Below, piece by piece: positions 38,675 to 50,600 of a DNA stretch of 64,000 bases; positions within the stretch are counted from its first letter, which is position 1, and each line of letters begins with the position of its first letter. The stretch lies in assembly GCA_036785375.1 (NCBI GenBank), contig JAWMAR010000097.1:4464001-4528000 (forward strand), written 5' to 3'. A program made the translations under genes and the position numbers. This DNA is from Leucoraja ocellata (taxonomy: Eukaryota). The notes beneath the pieces were generated by a model. The model was given only the letters and a program-made list of their open reading frames with translations, was not told the origin of the DNA and did not search any database.

Positions 38675-39830
38675 TAAACGAGTGTGATGCAGTTGCCTGC
38701 ATTATGGACTGTATTATTCAATGCCTCGCCTATTCAAGTGCCTGTCTAAATATATCTAAAACACAGCAATTGTGTCTGACCACCTGTTCATTGGGCAACC
38801 ACTCTTTGCTTTAAAAAAATATATATATATTTCTCCCATCTCCTTTCGCTTGTCATAAACCCATACCCCCTTTTTGATACCCATACCATGGGAAAAAGAT
38901 TCTGTCTATGTCTGCCTTTTATAATTTTACATAGCACTCTCAGATTGTCCCTCGATTCCATTACTCTGGGGATTACAAGTCGAGTATATCCAATCTCTCC
39001 CCATAAATAAAGTCTTACAATTCGGGCAACATCCTGGTGAATCTCCTCTGCACTCTCTCCAGTGCTACTGCACTAAAGTGTGTTGACCAGAATTGCTGCA
39101 AATGCGGTCAAACCAATATTTTATAAAGTTGGAACATAATGTCCAACCGTTTACGTTCTGTGCTGTGGCTAGTGAAGAGAACATGACCTGTGCCTACTTC
39201 ACCGCCCCATCCACTGGTACTGCTGCTTTTGGAGAACTGTTTCTGGTAACCCTGGATCCCTCTGTTCATCAGAAATAAGAGGGATCATGAAATGAATGTT
39301 CACCAATCCTGAAAGATGGCAGGTGGATAAAGTGGTTACAAAGGCAGGACACTCTCCATGACTGTGGTATAAAATATAAGCAGGAAAGTTATGCTTGAAT
39401 TGAGTACGCTTGTTAAACCGCAGCTGATGAACTGTGTGCAGTTTTGGTCGCCATGTTACAGGAATAATGGAAGTGTACTGGGGGGGATGGCGAAGAGGTT
39501 AATGAACACTGGAACGTTTTACTGCTGAGAAAGATTGGAGATAAATCGAAGTCATTGTTTACGCCAACAAAGACAAAAGTCCATGACCACTATACGTCTG
39601 CGGCAGGAAACTCCCGAGCCCACAAAACAATATCAACGATGGGACCAAAGAAATGATAGATCATTACCTGTCAGCTGAATCAGTTCGAACAAGACACCAT
39701 ACCTGGCAGCAATCCTTGGAAAATGCTTCAAAGTCAAGGTCATACAACTCAAACAAGTCCTTGGGCCCAACTTGCCCACGCTGACTAAGATGCATATCCA
39801 CACTGGGCCCACTAGCCTGTGTTTGGCACA

Positions 39831-40025
39831 TATAGAAACATAGAAAATAGGTGCAGCAATAGGCCATTCGGCCCTTCGAGCCTGCACCGCCATTCAATAT
39901 GATCATGGCTGATCATCCAACTCGGTATCCTGTACCTGTCTTCTCTCCATACCCCCTGATCCCTTTAGCCACAAGGGCCACATCTAACTCCCTCTTAAAT
40001 ATAACCAATGAACTGGCCTCAACTA
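39831..40025 (-). mobile_element. CR1 3' fragment nested in another CR1-type tail
   Basis: Reverse complement of 50210-50400. Confidence 0.85.
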
Positions 40026-40059
40026 CCTTCTAAACCTTTCCTATCCATGTATCTGTCCA

Positions 40060-40900
40060 GTATGAACTGTGAAGAGAATGCTGTGAGGGTGCAGGGTGAC
40101 TTAGACAGGTTGGGTGAGTGGGCAGATGCATGGCTGATGCAGAATAATATGGATAAATGTGAGGTTATCCACTTTGGTGGCAAGAACAAAAAGGCAGATT
40201 ATTATCTGAATGGTGTCAGGTTAGGAAAAGGGGAAGTACAATGAGACCTGGGTGTCCTTGTGCATCAATCACTGAAAGGAAGCTTGCAGGTACAACAGGC
40301 AGTGAAGAAAGCTAATGGCATGTTGGCCTTGATAACAAGATGAGTTGAGTATAGGAACAAAGAGGTCCTTCTGCAGTTGTACAGGGCCCTAGTGAGACCG
40401 CACCTGGAGTATTGTGTGCACATTCTTGCTATTGAGGGAGTGCAGCATAGGTTCATAAGGTTAATTCCCGGGATGGCGGGACTGTCATATGATGAAAGAA
40501 TATGATGGCTTGTATTCACTGGAGTTTAGAAGGATGTGGGGGGATCTGATAGAAACATATCAAATTATTAAGGAATTGGACATGCTAGATGCAGGAAACA
40601 TGTTCCCGATGTTGGGAGGTCCAGAACCAGGGGCCACAGTTTAAGAATAAGGGGTAGGTCATTTAGAACTAGGATGAGGAAAAACTTTTTCACAAGGAGA
40701 ATTGTGAATTTGTAGAATTCTCTGTCTCAGAAGGCAGTGGAGGCCGATTCACTGGCTGCATTCAAAAGAGAGTTAGATAGAGCTCCTAGGGCTAGCAGAA
40801 TCAGGAGATATGGGTAGAAGTGTTACTGATTGTGGATGATCAGCCATGATCAAATCGAAGGGCTGAATGGCCTACTCCTGCACCTATTGTGTATGTATAT
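40060..40900 (+). mobile_element. CR1 LINE 3' fragment
   Basis: QGDLDRLGEWADAW..DKCEVIHFG peptide through to the 3' tail. Confidence 0.9.
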
Positions 40901-43159
40901 GTAATTTTATATAGCTATGTAAGATTACCGAAGATAGACACAAAATGCTGGAGTAACTCAGCGGGACAGGCTGCATTTCAGGATAGACGGGATGGGTGAC
41001 CTTATCGGGTCGAGACCCTTCAGATTGAGTCAGCGGAGGGGGAGATACAGTGATAAGGAAGTGAAAGGTGTGAGTTCAAGACATCAAAGGGGGTGGAGAT
41101 CAAGGTAAATGTAGAATAGATTATTGTTGGCTGGGAGAGGGTTACAACAAAACAAACAGATCCAATGTAATCTGGACAGTCAGTCTGACTGTAAAATCAC
41201 CCTTGGCTTCCTGCGCTCCAAGGAATAAAGTCCACCCGATCACCGAAGCTGGCCTGTTCCTGCTCAAAATGGTGAATAAGCAAATGCAAAATACTGAACT
41301 CATTGAGTGTTATGGTGAAAGCAATGACCATGACCAGCAGAATGCACTCGGGACATCTTTAACTACCTACCCTAAGTGCCCCCATCAAGATGAATAATTG
41401 CTGAATATGTACAAGGGTTTCACAACTTTTCGAGCATTGAATAAAGTTATATTTGAATTTAAATGATCTGCTTTTGTGGAAAGAAGTAATTTAATGTAAC
41501 TGAACAAATGTTGCTTATGTTGTGGATGATGTCATCTTCTGAACTGCATCCACACAGACTTGTATATTCCTAACATAACACTAGGTGGTGATGTTCAGCT
41601 GAAGTTACAGCGTGAAAGCCAAATAAGGATGTAGACCTCATACAAGAAAACTTGCACGTAAGCAATGGCTTCTAGTGTCTAGTGCTTCTGAAATAGGACC
41701 CAGTGAAGGCTGGAGAGGTTTACTGCATTTGAAAGATGCGGAGGGTTGTATAGCACAGACATGGGTCCCTTGGCCGACCATGTCCATGCCGAAATCACTT
41801 GCCCACATTAGGACCATATCCTTCTGTGCCTTGCCCATTTAAGCCTGTCTAAATGTCTGTTAAATACAGTGATATCAGATTACACCTCTGGCAGCGAGCT
41901 CCTGATATCAACCACTGTGCGTGCTTAAAAGATCTTCCCCCAAATTCACTATAAAACTCCTTCCTCTCACCCCAAACTTGCCCTAGTTTCTGATACTTCT
42001 ACTGTGAACAAAATATTCTACCTGCCCTATGTTATGTCTGTTATAATTTCAGTCGTACAAGCAGAAACAGACCCTTCAACTCGTCTGCACCAACCAAGAT
42101 GCCGAGCTGGGCTAGTTCCATTGACTTGGATTTAATCCATATCCCTCTAAACCTTTGCTGTCCGTGTGCCAATTCCAATGTTATTTTAATGTTGCAGTTG
42201 TACCTGCCCCTACCACTTCCTCTGGCAGCTCATTCCACATAACCTGCACCCTCTCTGTGGGAAAACCTGTTCCTTGGATCCCCGTTAAATCTTGCTCCTC
42301 TCACCTTAAGCCTAGGCTCTTTAGTTTTAGACTCTCTTAGCCTGGGGAAAAAGGCAGGTCTGCAAGGTTGGATCACATTGGACCTAGGGTGAGGTTGCCA
42401 ATTGATCAGTGTGGTAACGGGTTGTTTTTCACACTGGTGGCCTGTGACTGGTGATGTGCACACTTTATTGATATTAATGGATTGAACGTAGATTGTGGTG
42501 GAGCAGTGTTTGGAACTGAGGCTGTAGTTATTATTGGTTGTGAGAGGGACAGGACTGACCGCTCAACATCCAGGTTTCCGATGTTTCAGACGTGCTAGCG
42601 AGAGAGGTGGGTGGGTTACATTACTAATCGGGGAGAATGTCACAACATCACTCCGAGGTCACATTGGAGGAGTCGCCCTCTGATGCAATATGAGTAGAGC
42701 TAAAAAATAAAATGTTCAATCACTCTCTGGAATTAGCAGCTGGAGATTTTTTATATTCCCTCTAGCCTCAGGCAAAGGGCTGGAGGATAGCCAAAGTTGT
42801 TCCCTTGTTTCAGATGGGAATAATCCAGGAAATTAAAGGCATGTGAATTTCACATTATTGATCGATAGGTGTCATGTTCAGCACAGACATTGTGGGCTGA
42901 ATGGCCTGCTCCTGTGCTGTACCTTTCTACATTTATCAGTCAGTGCTACCCTAATCAAGTTCAAGCAATCCTTTCCCCAAATGCCTAATAGGAGCGTGGG
43001 TGTATAGTTGTTGAGACACCGTCACATACTCTGCTTTTCATATGAGGTGTAAATGAATTTTAAAAAAGCTCAAAATGTATCTCGTGCTGTTGCAGCAATC
43101 AATTTCCCAAACCAAATAAGTCGCCTTTCAGAGTGGTATGTGTGGTAGTTGGGAAACAT

Positions 43160-43570
43160 GGCAACAATGATGCCTGGATTAGGGGATATTAGCTGCAGGG
43201 AGAGATTGGAACACCAGAGGTTGAGGGGAGACCTGATAGAAGTATATACAATTGTGAGTGGCACAGATAGGATAGACACTTAGAATCCTTTCCCCCAGGA
43301 TGAAAACAAATCAAATACTATAGTGCATAGCTTTACGGTTAGAGGGCAAAAATTTGAAGGAGATGTGCTGGGCAAGTTTGTTTTACACAGAAGGTGATGG
43401 ATGCCTGGAACACTGCCACGGGTGGTGTGAAAACAGACTATAGTGATATTTAGAAGACTTTTGGATAGGCACATGGATATGTTGGGAATAGAGAGATTAT
43501 GTGCAGGTAGATAAGGTATGGTTGTGGCATTTGGCCCAGACTGTTCTTGTGCTACACTGTTCTATGTTCT
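43160..43570 (+). mobile_element. Old CR1 3' fragment
   Basis: aggttgaggggagacctgatagaagtatata motif and (ttcta) tail. Confidence 0.7.
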
Positions 43571-44069
43571 ATAATGTTCTACACACAGCACGATCCAGTG
43601 GGCAACATTGATGGAAACATCCAGGTAATTTGACAATAATTGATGACCCCAGGCAGGGAGAATAGACATGGCATCCATTTCATGCCTCATCAAAAAACTA
43701 CAACTCCAATAGTGCAGCCCCCCCCCATGAGTGGTCAGATTGTTGGTCAAGCTCACAAACTACAATGTTTAAACCAATTTGGAAGCAAAGTACTGAGAAT
43801 AAGGGCAGAGGTATAAACAGGGTACTGCTTTATTATCCCACGAGGCTGGGAATATGATTAATCCCAGGCTCTGCAAATCATCTTCTTTGGCCGTGAGCGA
43901 CTCGTGGGAAGCTTCTGAGAGCTTCAGTCTGAAGGAAGAAGTCGGGGTCATTTATGTCCTTTATGGGGTGATGAAGACGTGGTGAAGGTGCCTGAGTGAG
44001 AGAGGACAGTGTCAGTATCTGTCTGTATGTGTCCCTGTGTCTGACTCATCTGTAAGTTTTGTTTTCCAG

Positions 44070-44180
44070 GTATCGATCACGTTTGATCCTTTCCTCTACT
44101 TATCGGTCCCATTGCCACAGAAACAGAAGCTGCTGACTGTTTTCTTTTTTGCTAAAGAGCCTCACATAAAACCAATCAAG
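44070..44180 (+). CDS. USP19: USP19 exon (VSITFDPFLYLSVPLPQKQKLLTVFFFAKEPHIKPIK)
   Basis: ttccag acceptor, AAG|gtaaga donor; 111 nt, phase 0-0. Confidence 0.97.
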
Positions 44181-45475
44181 GTAAGAGCAGTGTTGCTGTG
44201 TAGAACTGGTCAACACAGCTACATGGTGTATACAATTCCCGTCACACAGTCGTGGAAGTGAGGGGACTTGCTTTGACATGGGCAATACAAGATTGAACAG
44301 AGGGACAGTTACATTAGAAAGGCCACTAATCAAATACCAAACATTATAAGTGGATAGTAAAACACAAAGTGCTGGAGTAACTGAGCAGGTCAGGCATCAC
44401 CTGTGGAGGGAACGGACAGACGACATTTTGGGTCGGGATTGTTCTTCAGACTGATGGAGTAGGTGGAGAAAGCTGGGAAAGAGAGGTGGAGGTGAGACAA
44501 GGTCTGGTAAGTGATAGGTGGATACAGGCGAGGGGGTGATTGGCAGATGGGTGGAGATAGTGCCGAAAGCTAGAGATGTAAAGGTGATTGTAGGTTTTTT
44601 AATATTATTGTCATATATACTGGGAGAGTGAAAAGCGTTGTTTATTTTATTGTTGTTTGTAAAGTGTGAAGGCAGAGCAGCGGTTAATGCACTGTCTCCC
44701 GCGGGCGGCCACAGGACAGTGAATAGTCCATCTTTGCACTGTTGATGTTTGAGGCTATAATTTCAAATTGATCAGTCTCACTTGTTGGCAATTCTCTGGA
44801 GATGCTGGGTCTGTCCCTCAGAGGAGACTTGCAAAGACATGACTGATGTTCTGAAACTCAGTTTATACGTCATACGGCACAGAAACAGGCCCTTTGGCCA
44901 CTGTATCCGTGCCGACCATTGAGTAGCCATCTATGTGAGTTTCATTTTCCAGCAGTCTCTACAGTTCTTCCCTTCCTTTGCAATTTAAATGGCCAGCCAG
45001 AGACAACTTTAATGTGTGTGACTCTGCACCGACCACTCCTTAGGGCATTCTTCCTCCGATCCTCTCTTAACTTTCCTACCCCTTGCCTTAAATCTGTGCT
45101 CTCTGGTTCTCCTCTGCTATGAAGAAACTATTTGCACTGTTCCCCAATCCATGCCCTCATGACTTTGTATCTCTGAATCCCTTGCCCCCACCCTTGGCTT
45201 CTTCTGCTACAAGGATAACAATTGCAGCCTCTTCAGTGACAAAACTATACATCTGTGAAATAATTCTGAGATTTCCTTCCTAAACCTCTCTGCCTCGATT
45301 TCTCTTTTAAGATGCTCCTCCAAACTTGCTCTCATTGCCCAGGCTCTTGGTTAACCATCTAAATTGCTTGATATCAGAGGTTGCTTATGGTCTTGTGATG
45401 ACCCTTGCAATGTTTTGCCGCTAAAGGCGCTCTAAATAAATTCTGTTAAAGTGATTGCTCCTTTTCTACCAACAG

Positions 45476-45577
45476 ATCCTGGTGAGTGTGAGCAAGGAGA
45501 ATGCCAGCGCCACTGACATATTTGAGGCCGTTTCCCGGAACATGAAGGTAAAAGCAGGCATACTTCGACTAGCTGAG
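45476..45577 (+). CDS. USP19: USP19 exon (ILVSVSKENASATDIFEAVSRNMKVKAGILRLAE)
   Basis: ccaacag acceptor, GAG|gtaagt donor; 102 nt, phase 0-0. Confidence 0.94.
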
Positions 45578-46857
45578 GTAAGTCTTCGAAACGCCGCAAA
45601 GGTGATGGCATTAAACTGGAGCAGGCCCTGGGGAAGTGGGTTAAACTCAGCACTGACATTTCTATCTTGGAAATCCACCTTTGTCTATAGCATGCAGAAC
45701 ACAGTGCTGGAGTAATTTGGTGGGTCAGGGGACATCGGTGGAGGGAATTGAAAGGCAACGTTTTGGGTCTTGATCCTTATACTTGTTCTGTCAGAATTGT
45801 TCTGGAGTCTGCAAGTCAGTGTTAAACTCTGATGACATTGATGGGAGCAAAAACAAATATCGAAAAATGTTTAAGAATTGTTTCTCTCATTTTATTAAAA
45901 TACTCTTCTTCATAAACCCTTTGCTGATAAGGTAAAATACCTTTGGTTTGAATTGGATACGAGACCGGAGGTGGTGACAGAACTCCAGGGAAATGTTCCC
46001 CCAATTTAAAACAAATCCATTCTGTGAATTGGGCTGAATTTCCAAGAGAAATTAGTTGAAAGTCCCCAAACAAGATAGTCCTTTGTTTACAACAGGATTC
46101 CCAGACTCGCTATGTGCTTTCCTGAGCATATCGAGGGCACATTCCATTCCATTCCACATTTAACTGGTGTTTCTGATCCTGAATATTGATGAATAATTTC
46201 AGCTTGCAAAACGTGCACTTCCGATTGACACTGAGAAGGTAGTTGGTTCTGGGAATGAAACCTCCGAGATTGATTAACCTGCCAACAGTCTGTCTTAATA
46301 TAGTAACTGTGGGCCCTACTGCCCTTCAGCCTGCCCTGGAGTTCAGTCAGATCATTGATGTTCTGTGACCTATCTCCAGCTGCATTAATGCAGAGAAACT
46401 TAACAACATGATGGCAGCTTTTCTGCATATGGACTACAGCTTTGTAGATTTAAATACTCTTTAAATACACAGTGAACTACATTTTAAATGATATGAGTGG
46501 GTCTGCCACTTCCTACCATTCCCCTCCACCTTCTGGATGAAACCCAAATACTTTAGATTTTTAATTCTTGTTAAGAAAAACGAGTCCTGTCTGTAGATCA
46601 CTTGCAATTTTATGTGCCCAATGACATCTCCTTTGTTTCCTATGTTCCTGAAAGAGAAACTGCAACTTATCCAGACTCTGACTCAAATTTTCCATTCGGG
46701 TCGACAACTGTCCATGCAATTGCATCTTTCCTGTTAGTAAGCAGCCTACACACTTGAGCTGAGGCCCAACAACTGATGTATCCTGTTTCAGCCTAACCTC
46801 TCTGCCCTTGCAGTTTGTGCTTTGGCTAGTAAAGAAATATCTTTATAACCATCTTCA

Positions 46858-47158
46858 CTTTACTTTAGAAATACAATACGGAAACAGACTCTTCTGCCCA
46901 CTGAGACTATGCCTACCAGCAATCGTCCCGTACACTAACACAATCCTACACACTGGGGACAATTTACAATTCTACCAAAGCCAATTAACCTACAAACCTG
47001 TCTTTGGAGTGTGGGAGGAAAACGGAGCATCCGAAGAAAACTCACGCAGTCACAGGGAGAACGTACAAACTCCGTACAGACATTAACCCACAGTCGGGAT
47101 TGAACCCGGGTCTCTGGCGCTGCAAGGCAGCAACTCTACCGTTGCACCACCATGCAGC
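46858..47158 (-). mobile_element. tRNA-derived V-SINE
   Basis: Homologous to 26915-27212, with A and B boxes on the minus strand. Confidence 0.85.
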
Positions 47159-47224
47159 ATTGACCGGAGCTGGATGGACCTGTGGACGCTCTACACTTTT
47201 AATTACAGTTAAATAATAAATAAT

Positions 47225-48420
47225 GAATTCTGCCGCAGCTAAAATATATATATGCATATATACCATTTATTGTCACTATACATGTACAGTGAAAGTGAAA
47301 GCTGCTCGTACTCAGTGCATACATACAATTTAGCACAAGAAACAAGAAACAGAAAAAACAAAAAACAGAAGGGAGAAGGGGGGGGATGGGGGCGGGAATA
47401 GGTGCACAATTTCTGCGGCGCTACATACATATATACATATATACAGATGGAAGTCCATGGTGTTGGGCAGTGAAATCAGTGCATGTGTGAATTAGAATTA
47501 ATAGTAGTTATAATTCTCGGAAAGCAACTATTCCTGAGTCTATTTGTCCTGGATTTGATGCACCTATAGCGCCTTCCAGAGGGCAGCAGGTCGAACAGTC
47601 CAAACGCAGGATGGGAGCTGTCTTTGATGATCTTCTTTGCCCTGCTAAGGCAGCGGGAGGTGTAGATGTCCATCAGGGAGGGGAGAGGGCAGCCAATGAT
47701 CCTCTGCACTGTCCTAGTTACCCTCTGAAGCCTCTCCCTGTCTGCCATGGTGCAGCTGCCATACCATGCTGTAATGCAGTATGTCAGCAGGCTCTCGATG
47801 GACGAGCGGTAGAAGGTCAGCAGCAGGTTAGAGTCCAGGTTGTGCTTCCTGAGGACCCTCAGGAAGTGCAGCCGCTGCTGAGCCTTCTTGATGACCGCTG
47901 TCGTGTTGCCCTTCCAGGAGATATCAGCAGCGATATGGACGCCGAGAAACCGGAAGGTGTTGACCCTCTCCACACACTCGCCGTTGATGTGTAGGGCGGC
48001 TAAGTCGGTGCTGTGCCTCCTGAAGTCGACAATGAGCTCTTTTGTTTTCCTGGTGTTCAGAGCCAGATTGTTTTCTGAGCACCAGGTTGTCAACTTCAGG
48101 ACTTCCTCTCTGTAGGCTGCCTCGTCTCCCTTTGAAATAAGTCCGACCACAGTAATGTCGTCAGCAAATTTGACGATGCGGTTGTTGTTGTGGGCCAGAC
48201 TACAGTCGTAGGTGTAGAGACAGTATAAGAGGGGGCTTAGCACACAGCCCTGTGGGGAACCGGTACTCAACCTGCGAGTGGAGGAGAGGTGGGGGCCGAG
48301 TCTCACAGTCTGGGGCCGGTTGGTGAGGAAATCCTTTATCCAGGCACATGTGAGAGTGGGGAGGCCGAGAGTGACCAGTTTACCAATGAGAATGTCCGGA
48401 ATGATTGTATTAAATGTGTT
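47225..48420 (-). mobile_element. Rex/Babar LINE, 5'-truncated, RT frame still open
   Basis: [26 protein letters not shown] uninterrupted for about 310 codons; AATAAA on the minus strand near 47265. Confidence 0.93.
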
Positions 48421-48653
48421 GAATCTGACTATGTCCACGGGACCATCTCTTCCATTACCTGTCCAATTCCTGCAGACCAAATCAATAATTTCATGAACTA
48501 ACTTCAATGTATTTAAGTGGTTTAACAACTTAATGTTTTGTCCATTGCTGATCCACTGATATAAGAAGATTCTCAGCTGCATTTGGAGAAGGTGTATGTT
48601 TCTCTGCTGATGACTGGCTCTCTCATGTTTGTTCGACTTTGTTTCCCCGGTAG

Positions 48654-48794
48654 GTTGTGAGAAACAGATTCCATCGGCTATTTTTGGCGTCGCAGTCCCT
48701 GGATACCGTTTCCCCTAGCGATACACTCTTCTGCTTTGAGGTCCATTCTCAAGACCTCACAAAAGAGAGAGTGGTCGAATTGCAAGTACAACAG
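48654..48794 (+). CDS. USP19: USP19 exon ([30 protein letters not shown]...VQQ)
   Basis: cggtag acceptor, CAG|gtacgt donor; 141 nt, phase 0-0. Confidence 0.95.
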
Positions 48795-49774
48795 GTACGT
48801 CACCAATTATTGTTTCTTCTGAACTGTCTTTGGTTGCCTGCTTTCTGATGGGGTGGCAATAGGGGTTGCTGTAGCCTTGAGGCAGGGAGAGGTCGTTTAC
48901 AATGAGACACAAAGAACTGCAGATGCTGGTTTACAAAAAAAGACAAAGTGCCAGAGTAACTCAGCAGGTCAGATAGCATAAATGTAAGATACAATTATGA
49001 CTTTTAAAGGACATTTGAACGGATATATTGATTAGGTTTAGAGAACAAGACATAAGGATCTGGGGGGAAAAGCAGGAACGGGATACTGATTTTGGATGAT
49101 CAGCCATGATCCTATTGAATGGCAGTGCTGGCTTGAAGGGCCGAATGGCCTTCTCCTGCACCTATTTTCTATGTTTCTATGATCTGCAGATGCTAGAATC
49201 TTGCGTTGAACACGAAGTGCTGGAGAAACTCAACAGATTAGGCAGCATCTCTGGAGGACATGATTAGAGTTTGGAGGCTGGGTCAAGAATGTTTAACTGA
49301 CATATATACTATAAGCGGAACAATTAAATTCTTACTATGGCCGAATGCTGGCAAATGTGACCAGCTGAGTATACCAACTCGGTTGGCATGGAGAGGGTGG
49401 GCCAAAGGACCTGTTTCCGTGCCAGATAACTTTATAACTCTGACAAAGTGAGGAATGGCAACACAAATGTGACATCCCTGATACAAATAAAGATTGAGCA
49501 AATTGTCTGACGTTGGAGAATTCAAGTTTGAGTCTGAATCGTGTTTTTGAGGTGCACTGCAGTTTCTGTGGAATAAGCTCATCCACTTGTGTGTGTGCTT
49601 TCTGTTCCTGCCCGAGCACCATCGTGAGTTCTGTTACAGTTAACCAGGTGCCACTGGGGTGAGGCCATGTTTGGTGATTGCAGAAAGAAATACATTTCTG
49701 AATCTTGTTTGGAAAGGAATCAAACGCACTGGCTGAGTTGGAGGTTGCTAACGATGCTACCTGCACCTCGAGTG

Positions 49775-50402
49775 TATCATAGCAAAAGGATTTGAGTATA
49801 GGAGCAGGGAGGTTCTACTGCAATTGCACAGGGTCTTGGTGAGACCACACCTGGAGTATTGCGTACAGTTTTGGTCTCCTAATCTGAGGAAAGACATTCT
49901 TGCCATAGAGGGAGTACAGAGAAGGTTCACCAGACTGATTCCTGGGATGTCAGGACTTTCATATGAAGAAAGACTAGATAGACTCGGTTTGTACTCGCTA
50001 GAATTTAGAGGGGGGATCTTATAGAAACTTACAAAATTCTTAAGGGGTTGGACAGGCTAGATGCAGGAAGATTGTTCCCGATGTTGGGGAAGTCCAGAAC
50101 AAGGGGTCATAGTTTAAGGATAAGGGGGAAATCTTTTAGGACCGAGATGAAGAAAACTTTTTTCACACAGAGAGTGGTGAATCTCTAGAATTCTCTGCCG
50201 CAGAAGGTAGTTGAGGCCAGTTCATTGGCTATATTTAAGAGGGAGTTAGATGTGGCCCTTGTGGCTAAAGGGATCAGGGGGTATGGAGAGAAGGCAGGAA
50301 CAGGATACTGAGTTGGATGATCAGCCATGATCATATTGAATGGCGGTGCAGGCTCGAAGGGCTGAATGGCCTACTCCTGCGCCTATTTTCTATGTTTCTA
50401 TC
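49775..50402 (+). mobile_element. CR1 3' fragment (young subfamily)
   Basis: [29 protein letters not shown] peptide and (tttctatg) tail. Confidence 0.92.
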
Positions 50403-50452
50403 TGGCTTTTCCAGCTGCGTCACAAGTAATTTGCTGCTTCTTTGTCTTGCAG

Positions 50453-50568
50453 CGGTTGGTGATCCCCAACATCTCGATCAATAAGTGCGCTGCCTGCCAG
50501 AAGCCCCAGCAGCCCGACGAGAAGCTGCGACGTTGCACCAGTTGTTACCGAGTCGCCTACTGCAACCA
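50453..50568 (+). CDS. USP19: USP19 exon, MYND zinc finger first part (KCAACQK...RRCTSCYRVAYCN)
   Basis: ttgcag acceptor, gtgagt donor; 116 nt, phase 0-2; CxxC...CxxC...YC pattern. Confidence 0.96.
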
Positions 50569-50600
50569 GTGAGTCAGCCCTTCCTTTCCATGCACCTTGG

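Noticed and set aside
41521-41554. Short hairpin tgtggatg...catccaca as a miRNA or ncRNA
   Set aside because: An 8-bp stem is expected by chance in 64 kb and is too short for a pre-miRNA
47476-48582. 368-aa antisense ORF as a domesticated RT gene
   Set aside because: A 5'-truncated young Rex copy lacking the RT N-terminus; the first ~50 codons are flanking intron open by chance from a non-ATG start
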